Positions 9,410 to 19,767 of a stretch of DNA of 56,592 nt are shown in pieces. The DNA lies in the IMG/VR virus record IMGVR_UViG_3300037722_000781, positions 1 to 56,592 of that record, one strand, 5' to 3'. The stretch is from a virus (Duplodnaviria > Caudoviricetes). Position 1 is the first letter of the stretch. The number at the start of each line of letters is the position of its first letter. The notes under the pieces were generated by a model. The model did no database searches. It was given only the letters and a program-made list of their open reading frames with translations, and was not told the origin of the DNA. A program made the position numbers and the translations under genes.

Positions 9410-10022
9410 CAGGCGCCTTCTTTCTTAGGGCCGAGCGCACTTCCGCGGCGATCTTCTCCTGCGCCGGTGTGAAAAACCCGCCGGCGTAGTCCTCACCACG
9501 GCCCAGCATCACCGCATGAATGGCCTGGTCAGCCCAAGAGCGATCAACCCAGGTTTCGAATGGCCGCTGCTCGCCATAGCGCTCGCGCGCCTGCTCGTAC
9601 TGCCATCGCAGATCATCCATTTGGTCAGCATCAAAGCTGTCAACGAACTGCCGCTTGAGCGAACGAAACTCCGGATCGTCCTGTGTCAGAAAGTGCAAAT
9701 GCTCGCCTTCGATCATCTGTTCCGTCGTGGCCCAGGGCGCCGTTTTGTTCGTGTTGAACTTGATGGCCGGACGCCCTTCTCCATAAAATGGATTGTCTGG
9801 CTCCGTCGCTGGAAAAGCCTCAACCGGGTAAGGCCCCGTCCCCGTCGAAATGATGGTGCGCATGTCGCCCAGCCTGGGATTTTGCGCAAAGACGCGCGCT
9901 GTGGCATGCCTAAGCGCATTGTCTCCGCCGCGCATCTCAAAGCCGTACGGGCGCTGCAATTGCGACAGAGCGTTTTCCTCCGGGTTAAGGGTGTTCATCC
10001 TAGAAAGAAAGTTCTCAGCCAC
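9402..10022 (-). CDS. Putative internal virion protein
   Basis: 206 aa, within tail/ejection block; ENAL/DNAL motifs; GEHLH segment. Confidence 0.6.
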   Translation of the reverse strand: MAENFLSRMNTLNPEENALSQLQRPYGFEMRGGDNALRHATARVFAQNPRLGDMRTIISTGTGPYPVEAFPATEPDNPFYGEGRPAIKFNTNKTAPWATTEQMIEGEHLHFLTQDDPEFRSLKRQFVDSFDADQMDDLRWQYEQARERYGEQRPFETWVDRSWADQAIHAVMLGRGEDYAGGFFTPAQEKIAAEVRSALRKKAPGG

Positions 10023-11433
10023 TGACCGCCTGCCCGTCCATGTAGCCGCCCCGGATCGTCACCGGCACGGGATCCGAGACCGTCACGCGGAAGACCCGCT
10101 CCCGGAAGCTGCCCAGCCGTGTCCAGAAGGCCCGTTTCTTGAACTTGCCCATCTTGCCGAAGCCGCGCCAGCGCTCCTTGGACCAGGTATGGCCGCCGTC
10201 ATCCGACCATTGCAACATGGCCTGCGGATCGCTGCCCTGACCGCTCACCAATCCCTGTCCTGGGCCGATATCCAGCTCGAAGCGGTTCACCGTCACGAGA
10301 TCGCGGTTGCTGTGCGCGGGCGCGAAGGTGAAAAGCCGCTGAATCGTCGTGCCATTATCATCCCCATAGGTGGGGTCCATGTCGAACAGCGCCCCGGTGT
10401 CGCAGCAGGACACGATGTGCTTGCCATAGACGAAAGCGTGTCTCAGCGGACGCCACTGGCCCAAGCTGGCGTTCTCTGCCGTGCGGCTGTCCCGCTCGTG
10501 CCACAGGCCCGTCGTGGCGTCGAAAACCCAGGTGGCATTACGCCGGAAACTCAGGCAGTAGAAGCTGTGGCCTTCCTGCGTGTAGGCGAAAGCAACTGCT
10601 TCTTCCACATTGTCGTAGCTCTCGATCTTGCTCTCGACCGCGTGCGTCGAAACCCGGATGGGCTGAAATCCATTGTTGCGGTAAACGACGTAGCCGCCTT
10701 CACTGGCCGGGCCACGGCCGAGCCAGAACACCGAATTGTCCAGCCGGGCGATCGACTCCACCGCCACCACGCCGCGTTCGATCACCGCGCCCGACACGCG
10801 CTCCAGCGGGAAATCGGGGTCGCCGGAGTTATACCAGATTTCGATCGTGCCCCGGCCGAACAGCCACGCGACCTGGTGGTCGACCACGACCGCGACCAAG
10901 TTGTCCGGCGCCGCTTCGGCGGTGGCGAAGTCCAGCGCGTCGAAGGTCGTGCCGTTGTACTGGCCCGAGATGAAAAACTCGCCCGTGCGCGGCTGAATGA
11001 AGATGAAATAGCCGTCCAGGTAGGCAACATCGACCGCACCCGGAAAGTCCGGGTCGGTGATCTGCACCAGACTCATGCCGTCATAGATGTAGCCCTTCTC
11101 GCCCGACACGATGGCCAGTTGGGTGCCGTTGTCCGCCATCTTGGCTGGGCCTTCGCCGGCGATCGTGCCCAGCAGCGATGCCACGCCGTTCGCATCCACG
11201 CGGTAGACCTCAGTCCCAGAGACGACGAACAACACCTCGTTCATGACGTGCTCACCACGAAGTGGGCCGGCGGACGCGACGGAAAAGAGCGCTAGGCCCG
11301 GCGTACCCAAGAGCACCACGGGCGTCTTTTCGTCGCGCGGCGCCTTCTCGGCATAGAGGTTGACCACCTGCTGCGCCGAGATAGGGCGCGCGCGGTGCTG
11401 GTAGGCCTGGATCGCGAAAGGGGCTGGTTGCAC
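10015..11433 (-). CDS. Packaged-DNA stabilisation protein/tail hub (P22 gp10-like)
   Basis: TPGL, MADNG, LDFATAEAAPD, QEGHSFY, WVFDATTGLWHER, WSDDGGHTWS, WTRLG motifs. Confidence 0.92.
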   Translation of the reverse strand: MQPAPFAIQAYQHRARPISAQQVVNLYAEKAPRDEKTPVVLLGTPGLALFSVASAGPLRGEHVMNEVLFVVSGTEVYRVDANGVASLLGTIAGEGPAKMADNGTQLAIVSGEKGYIYDGMSLVQITDPDFPGAVDVAYLDGYFIFIQPRTGEFFISGQYNGTTFDALDFATAEAAPDNLVAVVVDHQVAWLFGRGTIEIWYNSGDPDFPLERVSGAVIERGVVAVESIARLDNSVFWLGRGPASEGGYVVYRNNGFQPIRVSTHAVESKIESYDNVEEAVAFAYTQEGHSFYCLSFRRNATWVFDATTGLWHERDSRTAENASLGQWRPLRHAFVYGKHIVSCCDTGALFDMDPTYGDDNGTTIQRLFTFAPAHSNRDLVTVNRFELDIGPGQGLVSGQGSDPQAMLQWSDDGGHTWSKERWRGFGKMGKFKKRAFWTRLGSFRERVFRVTVSDPVPVTIRGGYMDGQAVSG

Positions 11434-11439
11434 GGGCGG

Positions 11440-11826
11440 TCACCGATAGGGGTAGTTGCTTTCCATGCGGCGCAGCATGGGGTCGACCGGCACCTCCGGT
11501 GCTTCGGCGATCATGGAATGCAGAACGGCTTCCCAATTTCTCACGTCCTGCACCAGGTCGGCATCCGCGCCGGAGCCGAACTCGTTGGCGATGTGCTTGG
11601 CCAGGATCAGGCGCAGCCCGAGCCGGTGCGTGTCCGGCACCACCACGTCATCAACAAGCGCCAGATCGACGTGGCTCGCCATGATGCCCTTGGCCACCCA
11701 GCCGTGCAGAATCTCGTTCAGCAGCGCGAGATTGTCCGCCACGGCCTCGGCCGACAGTTCCTCGCCCTCAGCCAATACCCTGGCCCGGCGGGACGCGCGG
11801 GTGATAACGTCGAGAGCTGTTGCCAT
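11440..11826 (-). CDS. Head-to-tail adaptor (P22 gp4-like)
   Basis: MATALDVITRASRRARVLAEGEELSAE...LALLNEILHGW. Confidence 0.85.
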   Translation of the reverse strand: MATALDVITRASRRARVLAEGEELSAEAVADNLALLNEILHGWVAKGIMASHVDLALVDDVVVPDTHRLGLRLILAKHIANEFGSGADADLVQDVRNWEAVLHSMIAEAPEVPVDPMLRRMESNYPYR

Positions 11827-11829
11827 GGT

Positions 11830-12510
11830 CTAGCCCTCCATCTGGGCCGCAACGGCGTCATTCGCGCGGCGCACAAGCTCGCCGAAGTTGCCGCACCAGA
11901 CCTTGCGGCCGACGTGCCACAGCGTCATGTCGGGATCGAGGAAGACCTTGCCGCCGGACGCGCGCCAGAGCCGGCAGAAAAACGCATCCTCGCCGGTCAG
12001 CTTGCCGTCCGCGATCGGCGCCTGAAAGAGCCCGTAAACCTCTCGCCCGTCAGCGGCCTGATAGCGCGTGTCAGGATGTGCCTTGATCAGCTTCTCGATC
12101 GCGCGTCGGCGGATTTTCAGGAAGCCGGTTCCCATGTAATCCACCTCCACCAAACCGCTGGAGCTGGGCTTTAGCCCGGCCACGTTGTAGGTCTCCACGC
12201 CCTCGCGCTTTTGTGGGTAGGCGCCGCCGATCACATCATGGGGCGAGAGCGCCAGCCGCAACGCCGCCTCGGGCTGCCAGCCGATATCGGCGTCGATGAA
12301 CAGCATGTCGGTCGCGTCCGTGGCGAGGAACCAGGAGACAAGCTGATTGCGCGCGTCATGCACCAGCGCGTTGCCGATGATGACGCCGTGCGTATAGTGC
12401 ACGCCGTTCCGGGCCAGCAGGGCCGTCGTGTCGATCAAGCTCTGGTCGTACTCGCTTACCGTCTCGCCGGAGTGGCTCGGTGTCGCGATATACAAATGCC
12501 TGGCCGTCAT
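11830..12510 (-). CDS. GT-A fold glycosyltransferase-like protein
   Basis: YIATP, ARNQLV, LFIDAD (DxD), GTGFLKI, GEDAFFC, LWHVG. Confidence 0.85.
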   Translation of the reverse strand: MTARHLYIATPSHSGETVSEYDQSLIDTTALLARNGVHYTHGVIIGNALVHDARNQLVSWFLATDATDMLFIDADIGWQPEAALRLALSPHDVIGGAYPQKREGVETYNVAGLKPSSSGLVEVDYMGTGFLKIRRRAIEKLIKAHPDTRYQAADGREVYGLFQAPIADGKLTGEDAFFCRLWRASGGKVFLDPDMTLWHVGRKVWCGNFGELVRRANDAVAAQMEG

Positions 12511-12863
12511 TCCGGCGCGTCCAGTGCTTCCAGCATGGCGATCATCTGCTTGGTCGTGGTGCCCGGCACTGGCCCCTTGCCGGCGCGGCGCTTGATCTCG
12601 GCCCGAAGTTCCTTGAAGCCGTAGTGGCCATAGGGCGGGAGCATGGTTGCCTCTGTGCCGTCTGTGTCGGAGGCTTCCTTGGCGGGCGGCCTCTTCCAAG
12701 TCGGCGCCTCACCCACTGCCGCCGGGCTATCGGCCCATCCCTCAGGCCGCACACCGTCAAACAGGTCTTTTTCGATCGTGCCGTCAGCCGCGCGGCGGTA
12801 GCCGTAGCAGGGGCTGGCATACGCGCGTAGCCGGCGCTGAATTTCACCGTCGCTAGGCTGCAT
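12507..12863 (-). CDS. Hypothetical protein with C-terminal helix-extension-helix-like tail
   Basis: PEGWADSP motif; ELRAEIKRRAGK...TKQMIAML. Confidence 0.6.
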   Translation of the reverse strand: MQPSDGEIQRRLRAYASPCYGYRRAADGTIEKDLFDGVRPEGWADSPAAVGEAPTWKRPPAKEASDTDGTEATMLPPYGHYGFKELRAEIKRRAGKGPVPGTTTKQMIAMLEALDAPE

Positions 12864-13596
12864 GGGAGGTTGTCCCTTCGTTGTCTTGGGCCAGGAGGGC
12901 CTGCGCCAAGTGCTCGCCGACCAGCTCGACCTTGATCGCTATCGCCATGGCGGGGATCAGTTCGGCTAGGTATTCGGCTTGGACCAGCATGGCCGGCGAG
13001 GTCAGCCAGGAACGGCCCCCAGCCTCGACATGGACCACGTCCGCCGGAATGTCGCCGCCATAGACATGCGAAGTAGCACAGCGGTGGTAGCAACTATCGG
13101 CGCCATAGAGGGCAACGCGGCGATAGCCGATCACGGCAGCCAGTATCGGAGCGCGGGTCATGACCGTGGACCCGCCCGGGATATCGTCAGGCGCCATCTT
13201 CTCGTCGCCCTGCGGCGGGTTGTAGAGCGTCACATCCTGCCCGGCCAAGGCATCAAAGACGGCCGGATTGCAAATCGAGGCCACGAACCAGCGCGTGCCC
13301 GGAGCAGGACGGCGGAACAGCTCCGCCATGGCATCCTCGGGATCGAGCACCATCACGTAATCGGCCATGCGGCCCTGATCCTGCAGCCAGTTGTAGGCAC
13401 CATTGAGCGCCATGACCTGGCCCGGCCAGGCAAGGATTTCGTCCAGATGTTCACGGGCGGACGAACCGCCGCCCACGACCGCCAGCGGCTCGTTCCGCTC
13501 CGCTTCGGCGGCCAGCCAGGGGAGCCCCAGACCGGCCGCCATCTCGCGATTGCGCCGTACCACCTCAGGCGGGCAGACGCAAATAACCCGGCGCAT
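12853..13596 (-). CDS. DUF115/Maf-type (MptE-like, sialyltransferase-related) protein
   Basis: AVVGGGSS, MALNGAY, VMVLDP, GGSTV, GYRRVALYGADS. Confidence 0.75.
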   Translation of the reverse strand: MRRVICVCPPEVVRRNREMAAGLGLPWLAAEAERNEPLAVVGGGSSAREHLDEILAWPGQVMALNGAYNWLQDQGRMADYVMVLDPEDAMAELFRRPAPGTRWFVASICNPAVFDALAGQDVTLYNPPQGDEKMAPDDIPGGSTVMTRAPILAAVIGYRRVALYGADSCYHRCATSHVYGGDIPADVVHVEAGGRSWLTSPAMLVQAEYLAELIPAMAIAIKVELVGEHLAQALLAQDNEGTTSHAA

Positions 13597-13799
13597 CAGG
13601 TTGCGCAGAGCCCCTTGGTGCGCAAGAGCGCGATCACGGCGTTGACCGCCGTCGACAGGTTCGTGACCGTGATGTCCGAACTGGCGATTGCCACGCCCTG
13701 TGCGGTTGCCTCGGTGCCGTGGAAGCCGATCGGATCGGTCGCGCTCTGGCCGATGATCTGGCCGTCGGGACGGCCGTCGGAAAGCTGAGGACCAGCCAT
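13596..13799 (-). CDS. Small capsid decoration/head-fibre protein
   Basis: Directly after coat; GQSATDPIGFHG and C-terminal VNAVIALLRTKGL. Confidence 0.65.
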   Translation of the reverse strand: MAGPQLSDGRPDGQIIGQSATDPIGFHGTEATAQGVAIASSDITVTNLSTAVNAVIALLRTKGLCAT

Positions 13800-13864
13800 T
13801 GTGTTCACTCCATCTTGAAAGGGGAAAGCGGGAAAGGGGCGCTACGGCCCCTCGCCCGTCAGGG

Positions 13865-15091
13865 TTACGTCGAGCCGCTCGCGCGGGTCGCCAGATCAGG
13901 ATAAATTGAGCGGACTCCATAGAGGACATCGAATCGCCACATGCTGCGGTCGTTGGTGCCGTCATACGTGCTGATGACACGCACCGAGAGCCCGTTGTAG
14001 GACTCGCGGGCCTTCTTGACCGCCGCATCCGGCAGTTCCATCGGCACCATGGCCAGCGCGAAAGCCGACTTGTGGAAAGCGAGGTTCTGCCGGTAGGACG
14101 TGACCGCCGTGCCCATGTAAACGATCGTCGCGCCATCGCCCGGAGCCGCCGAAACGGTCTGATAAGGACCGCTGGTGATGATCGGCGGGCTGATGGTGAG
14201 CGTCGTATCGAGCGTCGTGGTGCCGTTCGTGGTCACGTCCGCCTTCAGCACGAACTGCTGCAGGAAGCTGAGCGTGGCCTTGGACACGGGATTGACCGCA
14301 AACACGCCGTCGATCGTGAACACGTCGCCCTGCTTCAGATCCTCAGAGGCCGTCCAGCCATCGGTCACGAGCGACTGCTCGCCGGTGTCCTTGGATGTCA
14401 GGTAGGTGACACCCTGACCAGCGCCATCCACCAGCGGCGTGCCGGTGCCGGTGCCAACCGTGTGCGCCACGACGTTCTGGGCCATGTACATGTCCATGTT
14501 GCCCGTCATGGGCAACTTGGCCTTCTGCAGGGCCGTCCTGGCCACATCGGAGATCGCCGGCAACTGTGAGAACGAGCCGATCAGCCCCCAGTGGTCGGTC
14601 GGGGACAGGACCATGTTCCGCGGCAGAGGCACGGCCATCTCGTCAAGCCGCAACGGGGCCTCGGTGAGATCGGCGAAGCTGTTAATCGTCTGGCCCGGGT
14701 CGCCGACCCAGTTCCACACGTCCTTGTAGAGGCCGAACAGGTCCATATCGACCCTATTGGCGATCTGGATCATGGCCGGCTTGACGTAACGCTCCGAGAA
14801 CTTGTCGATGGTGAGCGTCAGGTCGCGCGAGAGGAAGTCGATATCAACGCCGCGCTGGCGATCCACCGTGAGCGACACCCTGCCCTCGGTGGTATCCTGC
14901 ACTTGCGCAACGTTGCCTTCGCGGACGGTGTAGCGCACCGGCCGGCGAATCCTGACCGTCTCGCCGATCTTGGTCTCGCCAAACTCGGCTTCGTAGTCCC
15001 GGTGCACCAAGTTGGCCATCACCAGGGAGTTCTCCAGTTGCCGCAACGCCTCCTTGGCGATCACGTCCGGAGTGAGAAGGGTATTGCTCAT
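13865..15091 (-). CDS. Major capsid protein (P22 coat family)
   Basis: MSNTLLTPDVIAKEALRQLEN, KIGETVRIRRP, QNLAFHKSAF, RFDVLYG. Confidence 0.95.
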   Translation of the reverse strand: MSNTLLTPDVIAKEALRQLENSLVMANLVHRDYEAEFGETKIGETVRIRRPVRYTVREGNVAQVQDTTEGRVSLTVDRQRGVDIDFLSRDLTLTIDKFSERYVKPAMIQIANRVDMDLFGLYKDVWNWVGDPGQTINSFADLTEAPLRLDEMAVPLPRNMVLSPTDHWGLIGSFSQLPAISDVARTALQKAKLPMTGNMDMYMAQNVVAHTVGTGTGTPLVDGAGQGVTYLTSKDTGEQSLVTDGWTASEDLKQGDVFTIDGVFAVNPVSKATLSFLQQFVLKADVTTNGTTTLDTTLTISPPIITSGPYQTVSAAPGDGATIVYMGTAVTSYRQNLAFHKSAFALAMVPMELPDAAVKKARESYNGLSVRVISTYDGTNDRSMWRFDVLYGVRSIYPDLATRASGST

Positions 15092-15174
15092 TTGGGTCTC
15101 CATCGGACCCGCCGCGTCCTAGGCCGGGCGGGTTCTGGGAATGCCGACGCCTCACGGCGTGGGCTGTTGCGGGA

Positions 15175-16113
15175 TCAGGCGCCGATGCCTTCCTTGCGGT
15201 TCATCTCCGCGCGGTACTGCTCATACGGCAGGTCTTCGGTCTTCGTGACCGGCACGTCCCCGCCGCCAAGCGGCTTCACGGGAGCGGGCGCCTCTGTGGT
15301 TTTCGCTGGCTTGGGAGATGGTCTTGCGATCCTTTCCTCCAGCCGGCCGATCTCACGCACCTGAGCGATCTCGCCCATTTGGGCGATGCGGCGCGCCTCG
15401 TCGGGATGGGTGCCGAGGTGATAGGCGATGTCCGGACCCAGATCACTCTCCATGATGGCGCCGGCCATCCGGTTCGTGCAGGGCCAGGTCGGAACCTCCT
15501 GGTTCACCACGTCATCGAAATCGTCGTACTTGTCGCGGGCGGCCTCGCAGCGCTCCTCGTAGGAAGCGGCAATCTTGTCCGCCTCCTGGTTCTGCGTTGC
15601 CGTCTGGTCCGCCTTGCGGCGGGACTCCTGTTCCCGTTCCAGCCGTTGCACGGCCCGGGCTTCCGCTTGGTCAAGCACGTACTGATCGCGTGCGTTGAAG
15701 TAGTCGTCCTCGGTATCGAACGCATCCCGCTTGGGCGCAGCCGGGGGGGCAGGCTTCTGAGACTCACCGCCGCGCATGCCCTTGATCTCGCCGCGAAGTT
15801 CGGCAATCTCACGGTCACGCACAGCAAGCTCGGAATCGAAGTGCTGCCTGTCCTGGTGGCGCTGTCTTGAGAGTCGGCCAAAATCTCGGTCAAGCTTGCT
15901 GCCCTTCCTGGGCTTCGGCTTGTCGGCGTCGGTCTCTTCGCCGGTGTCCGCCTCTGTGTCCTGGCCCTCAGTGGGCTCAGGCTTCGCGGGAGCGGCCTCC
16001 GCGCGCTTCCCCTCTTCGCCTTCGACCGGCGCGGGCGTGGTGCCCTCGACCGGCTGTGTCGGCTCGGGAGAAGTCTCCGGGCCTGCAGTCTGGCCCTCCG
16101 TCTCTTGCGTCAT
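15175..16113 (-). CDS. Scaffolding protein
   Basis: Acidic N-terminus, coiled coil, GPDIAYHLG, between portal and coat. Confidence 0.85.
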   Translation of the reverse strand: MTQETEGQTAGPETSPEPTQPVEGTTPAPVEGEEGKRAEAAPAKPEPTEGQDTEADTGEETDADKPKPRKGSKLDRDFGRLSRQRHQDRQHFDSELAVRDREIAELRGEIKGMRGGESQKPAPPAAPKRDAFDTEDDYFNARDQYVLDQAEARAVQRLEREQESRRKADQTATQNQEADKIAASYEERCEAARDKYDDFDDVVNQEVPTWPCTNRMAGAIMESDLGPDIAYHLGTHPDEARRIAQMGEIAQVREIGRLEERIARPSPKPAKTTEAPAPVKPLGGGDVPVTKTEDLPYEQYRAEMNRKEGIGA

Positions 16114-16141
16114 CGTGCTTCCTTTCGGAGTTGACCGTCCA

Positions 16142-18217
16142 TCACTGCATGACGGACGGCTCGGTCATCGGGGACCGGCCTTCAAGCGCTTCAAGCACCT
16201 GGGCCACAACCTGGCTGGTCAGGTTCTCGAAGGCCTCCCCGGTCATCTGAAGCTGAATTTGCGCCAGCATGGCTTCCACCTCGGCCTTCACGGCGTCGGC
16301 TTCGGCTTCCTTGGCCTCGGCTTCGGATTTCTGCAGCTCGATCTGCTGCTTCATCATCTGCATCTCGCCCAGAACCTGCTGCATCTGCTGCGCCTGGTCG
16401 GGCTGCTGCTGTTCCTCGCCTTCCTCGGGCTCGGCAATGCCTGGAGGCAGCGCCTTGCGCAGGCGCTTGGCAAATTCCTCGGCACCCGGCCAGTCCATGT
16501 TTTTGGCGATCAGGTCGGCCACCAGAGCGGCCGTCGCGGGCGCGGCCTGCACGAAGGCCAGCATGGAATCGGCCGCCTCGGCACGCTTGGTCGTGAAACT
16601 CGGGCCGGTATCGACCTTCACGTCGTACTTGCCGACCGACAGGTCCATCACGGCCGTGCTGCCGTCGTTCTTCTTGAACGGCGCATAGAGCCGAACCGTT
16701 TCTTCGGTGTCGTCCTCGTTCAGGATGCGCACAATGCGCTCGCTGTCATAGATGCGCGGGATCAGGTCGACCAGGATGCGCCCGCCGTGGCGGATCGCGT
16801 GACTGAGATTGTCGGTATAGACGTAAGTGCCAACATCACCCTGCCGCTCGCGGGCCAGGATCGCCTTGCCGGACTTCTCCGCACTCTCCGCACCCAGCGA
16901 AGAGTCGTAGATGCCCATGGTCGATTTCATGTCATCCGCGGCGATGCCGGATTCCTGCCAGAGCGCTACCGGCGGGCTCGGGGGCGGCTCACGCACGGGG
17001 CGCCCTGCCTGATCGTCCCAATTGTACAGCAGATAGGGCTTGTTGGTGGTGTGCGCGTTGTCCCACTGCGGCTTGTGGTTCTCGACCATCTTTGGCGTCG
17101 CCAGATAGGGCGACTTGCTGCCGATACCGATCGCCTCCGCGCCGGCCGAGCGCCAGAAATTGTAGAGCCGCTGCGGGTCTTTGGCGAAGCGCACCAAGCC
17201 ATGGACCCGCGTATAGTCGCCTACGTTGATCTCGACGCCGATCACCGGCACGAAAGGGATATACTTCCCCGGATAGGGCAACGGCCCTTCGAGCACATGC
17301 ACGCCGGAAAGCTTGTAGACCTCGATCTTATGGCCCTCCGCCATGCGGTCGCGGCGCACTTCGAGGCCCTGGCTTTCGACCAGCAGCTTGCCGACATCCC
17401 AGGCGCTGCGCTTCAAGCCCGCCAGGTCGAGTTCCAGGAACCGCCCAGCCGCCATGGCGGCCTTGCCCAGCTCGGCCAGATCGACCACTTGCCCGTCGCT
17501 CAGTTGCGCGATGCGCTTCTTGATCTGGGTCTTGACCCAATATTCGGCTATCCGCACGTCCTTGTCGCGCCGCCAATGCGAGAGCCAGTTGCTGTCCCGC
17601 TCCGGCAGCCTCACCTCAAAGTCAGCCTTCGACTTGCTGGGCCAGCGCTTCTCGTATTCGGTAAGCGGCATGAACTCGGTAAAGAAAAGATGGCCCATGT
17701 CGCTCTTGTCGATCTCGCGCGCGTTATGATCCGCGAAGACCGCAAAGGGGCTCTGAATGCGCTTGAACTTGATGTCCTGGTCAAAAGACATCTCGTCGCA
17801 GTAGTCGGTCAGGATGCGAAACCAGCCGACGCCGCAGCGGGTCTGATTCTCGGCCGCCTGCACATAGGCCGCCTTGGCGTCCGACTCCTGCTCGATATGC
17901 CGGATCAGCCCCTGGAACACCTTGGCGATATCGGGGTCGGACTTGTCATCAACCGGGCGAACCTTGACCGACGGCGTGTTGAGCCGGATATCGCCCGTCA
18001 CCTGGCTCACGAACTGCGGCATGCGGTTGATCGTGAGCATCGGCCGGCCCTGGGCCTTGCGCTGGTTCGCGATATCCTCGGGCCACTGCTCGCCGGCCGC
18101 AAACTTCATGTCGTCAAGCTGCGGCTCGCGGTTCGGCTCCTCAAAGGCCGCGATCTGCTCGAAACGCTCGCGTGCCTCGTCAAGGATTTCCTGTTCCTTC
18201 TCCTTCGAAAGCGCCAT
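16142..18217 (-). CDS. Portal protein (P22-like)
   Basis: GEQWP, RPMLTIN, GLVRFAKDPQRLYN, SGKAILAR, GKYDV...GPSFTTKR. Confidence 0.95.
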   Translation of the reverse strand: MALSKEKEQEILDEARERFEQIAAFEEPNREPQLDDMKFAAGEQWPEDIANQRKAQGRPMLTINRMPQFVSQVTGDIRLNTPSVKVRPVDDKSDPDIAKVFQGLIRHIEQESDAKAAYVQAAENQTRCGVGWFRILTDYCDEMSFDQDIKFKRIQSPFAVFADHNAREIDKSDMGHLFFTEFMPLTEYEKRWPSKSKADFEVRLPERDSNWLSHWRRDKDVRIAEYWVKTQIKKRIAQLSDGQVVDLAELGKAAMAAGRFLELDLAGLKRSAWDVGKLLVESQGLEVRRDRMAEGHKIEVYKLSGVHVLEGPLPYPGKYIPFVPVIGVEINVGDYTRVHGLVRFAKDPQRLYNFWRSAGAEAIGIGSKSPYLATPKMVENHKPQWDNAHTTNKPYLLYNWDDQAGRPVREPPPSPPVALWQESGIAADDMKSTMGIYDSSLGAESAEKSGKAILARERQGDVGTYVYTDNLSHAIRHGGRILVDLIPRIYDSERIVRILNEDDTEETVRLYAPFKKNDGSTAVMDLSVGKYDVKVDTGPSFTTKRAEAADSMLAFVQAAPATAALVADLIAKNMDWPGAEEFAKRLRKALPPGIAEPEEGEEQQQPDQAQQMQQVLGEMQMMKQQIELQKSEAEAKEAEADAVKAEVEAMLAQIQLQMTGEAFENLTSQVVAQVLEALEGRSPMTEPSVMQ

Positions 18218-18219
18218 GC

Positions 18220-19767
18220 TCAGCCGCCCATCCAGGCGTTGGGGCTGTGCACGACAGAGCGGAAGTCATCGACTTTCACACGCGGCTGAATTGTCAGCGC
18301 CAGTACCGCCGCGTCGCCACGATCCGGGGAATGGCCGAGCCGCTTGATGATGTCTTTCTTGCTTTCCACCAAAATGCCTCTCGTGGTCAGCCGCCAGCGC
18401 GGCGTGCAGAGGTCCGCCAGCAACTTCGGGTCATCTGGCAGGGCGATATCGATGCCATGCTCGGGGTCCAGGGCTTCGCGCATGCCCCACCACCATTCGG
18501 CCCGCCTGTTGTAAAAGCCCAGCTTGCCGGAACGATCGCGCGCGCTACTGTCTTCGACGCCGTTTGCAGCCTCAGCCGGGACACCAGCCTTCATCAAATG
18601 CCCGTAGGCTTCTGCGCCCCACCCGCCGCCAACATCGACATTGACTTGGGCGCCATCACGAAGATGCTGCACGACCATGCCAGCCACCCTCGGGCCGTCT
18701 GGCGTGTCCTTGCCGGGAACGCAAATCAGCTTGCCGAACCATTTGTCGTGCCGCGGCGACAACACGGTTTCGGCCGGGCCACCCTGGGCAACGTCAACTC
18801 CCATGGTGAGCATCGGCGACTTAGGGCGCTCCGGCGTCCAGCGTTGCACCGCAAGCCGCGCCCACTCGCGCGGGATTACCTGCCAAGGGTGGTCCTCACG
18901 CCCTGCCAGGAAGCTACCGCGCAGCATCTGCGACCGCAGCGGCTCCGGCAGCGCCTGGAGGGTTGCCTTATAGCCGGTGGCCATCAGGTAGGGGTTATCG
19001 TCAACGCTCGACGGGATGAACGTTCGCGAGCGCGGCGCCACAGGCTCACCCGAGACCATGACCACGCGCGGCCCATCTACCTCAGTGTCATGGCCCTCGG
19101 CATCCGATATAAACCAGCGCAGTTCGCCGGGCATCGCCGGGTGCGGGTAACCATCATCGAGCCACGGCGCCCAAAAGTGATTGACCCATTCGCCATCCGT
19201 GCTTTGTGGCGGGTTTGTCGCGGCAATCACACGGCAACGCTGCGTCGGATCAGTTGTCCGGTTCCAGGTAATGACAAAGCGGAACTGGAACTCCAGAAAC
19301 TCGACCACCTCATCGAAGGCCATAAGGTCGTGCGGCTGACCCTTATAGGCGTTTTCGTCGCCCAGGTGCTGCATGCCGCCCCAGCGCAACAGCCTGCTCC
19401 CTGGCAACGCCCAACGCTTGTCTTGCGTGTTGCGCCCGGCGCTGCCGCCGACAATTTCGGAAGTGCGCTCCAGAAACGCCTGAAGTTGGGCAAACTCACG
19501 ACGGAAAACGATGGAGCGGTGGTGCTGGGTCAGAGCTAACCCGATAATCAGGTCGGTCTTCCCGCCGCCTGCGGCACCGCCATAAAGCAGCAAGTCAGCC
19601 TGGCTTTCATAGGCCTGCTGTTGCGGCGTAGGCGTATAGGGGTCGCCAACATTGACCAGCGGGCGCCAAGGCGTCGCCTTCATGTCGTCGGCGATCAGAC
19701 GATCTATCTCGGCGCGCTCGGCCGGGGGTAGCTCGTCATAGCGCGCGACAAGCTCGGAAACGTTCAT
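18220..19767 (-). CDS. terL: Terminase large subunit
   Basis: Walker A GGAAGGGKT, Walker B AFDE, ATNPP, nuclease GVDVA and SPDRGDA. Confidence 0.96.
   Translation of the reverse strand: MNVSELVARYDELPPAERAEIDRLIADDMKATPWRPLVNVGDPYTPTPQQQAYESQADLLLYGGAAGGGKTDLIIGLALTQHHRSIVFRREFAQLQAFLERTSEIVGGSAGRNTQDKRWALPGSRLLRWGGMQHLGDENAYKGQPHDLMAFDEVVEFLEFQFRFVITWNRTTDPTQRCRVIAATNPPQSTDGEWVNHFWAPWLDDGYPHPAMPGELRWFISDAEGHDTEVDGPRVVMVSGEPVAPRSRTFIPSSVDDNPYLMATGYKATLQALPEPLRSQMLRGSFLAGREDHPWQVIPREWARLAVQRWTPERPKSPMLTMGVDVAQGGPAETVLSPRHDKWFGKLICVPGKDTPDGPRVAGMVVQHLRDGAQVNVDVGGGWGAEAYGHLMKAGVPAEAANGVEDSSARDRSGKLGFYNRRAEWWWGMREALDPEHGIDIALPDDPKLLADLCTPRWRLTTRGILVESKKDIIKRLGHSPDRGDAAVLALTIQPRVKVDDFRSVVHSPNAWMGG

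Noticed and set aside
9402-10022. Zincin metalloprotease
   Set aside because: GEHLH lacks the first His of HExxH; insufficient support without structure prediction
15776-19539. Long + strand ORFs (837 aa, 455 aa; likewise 9850-11295 and 21329-22582)
   Set aside because: Antisense shadows of portal, terminase and other GC-rich genes; no motifs
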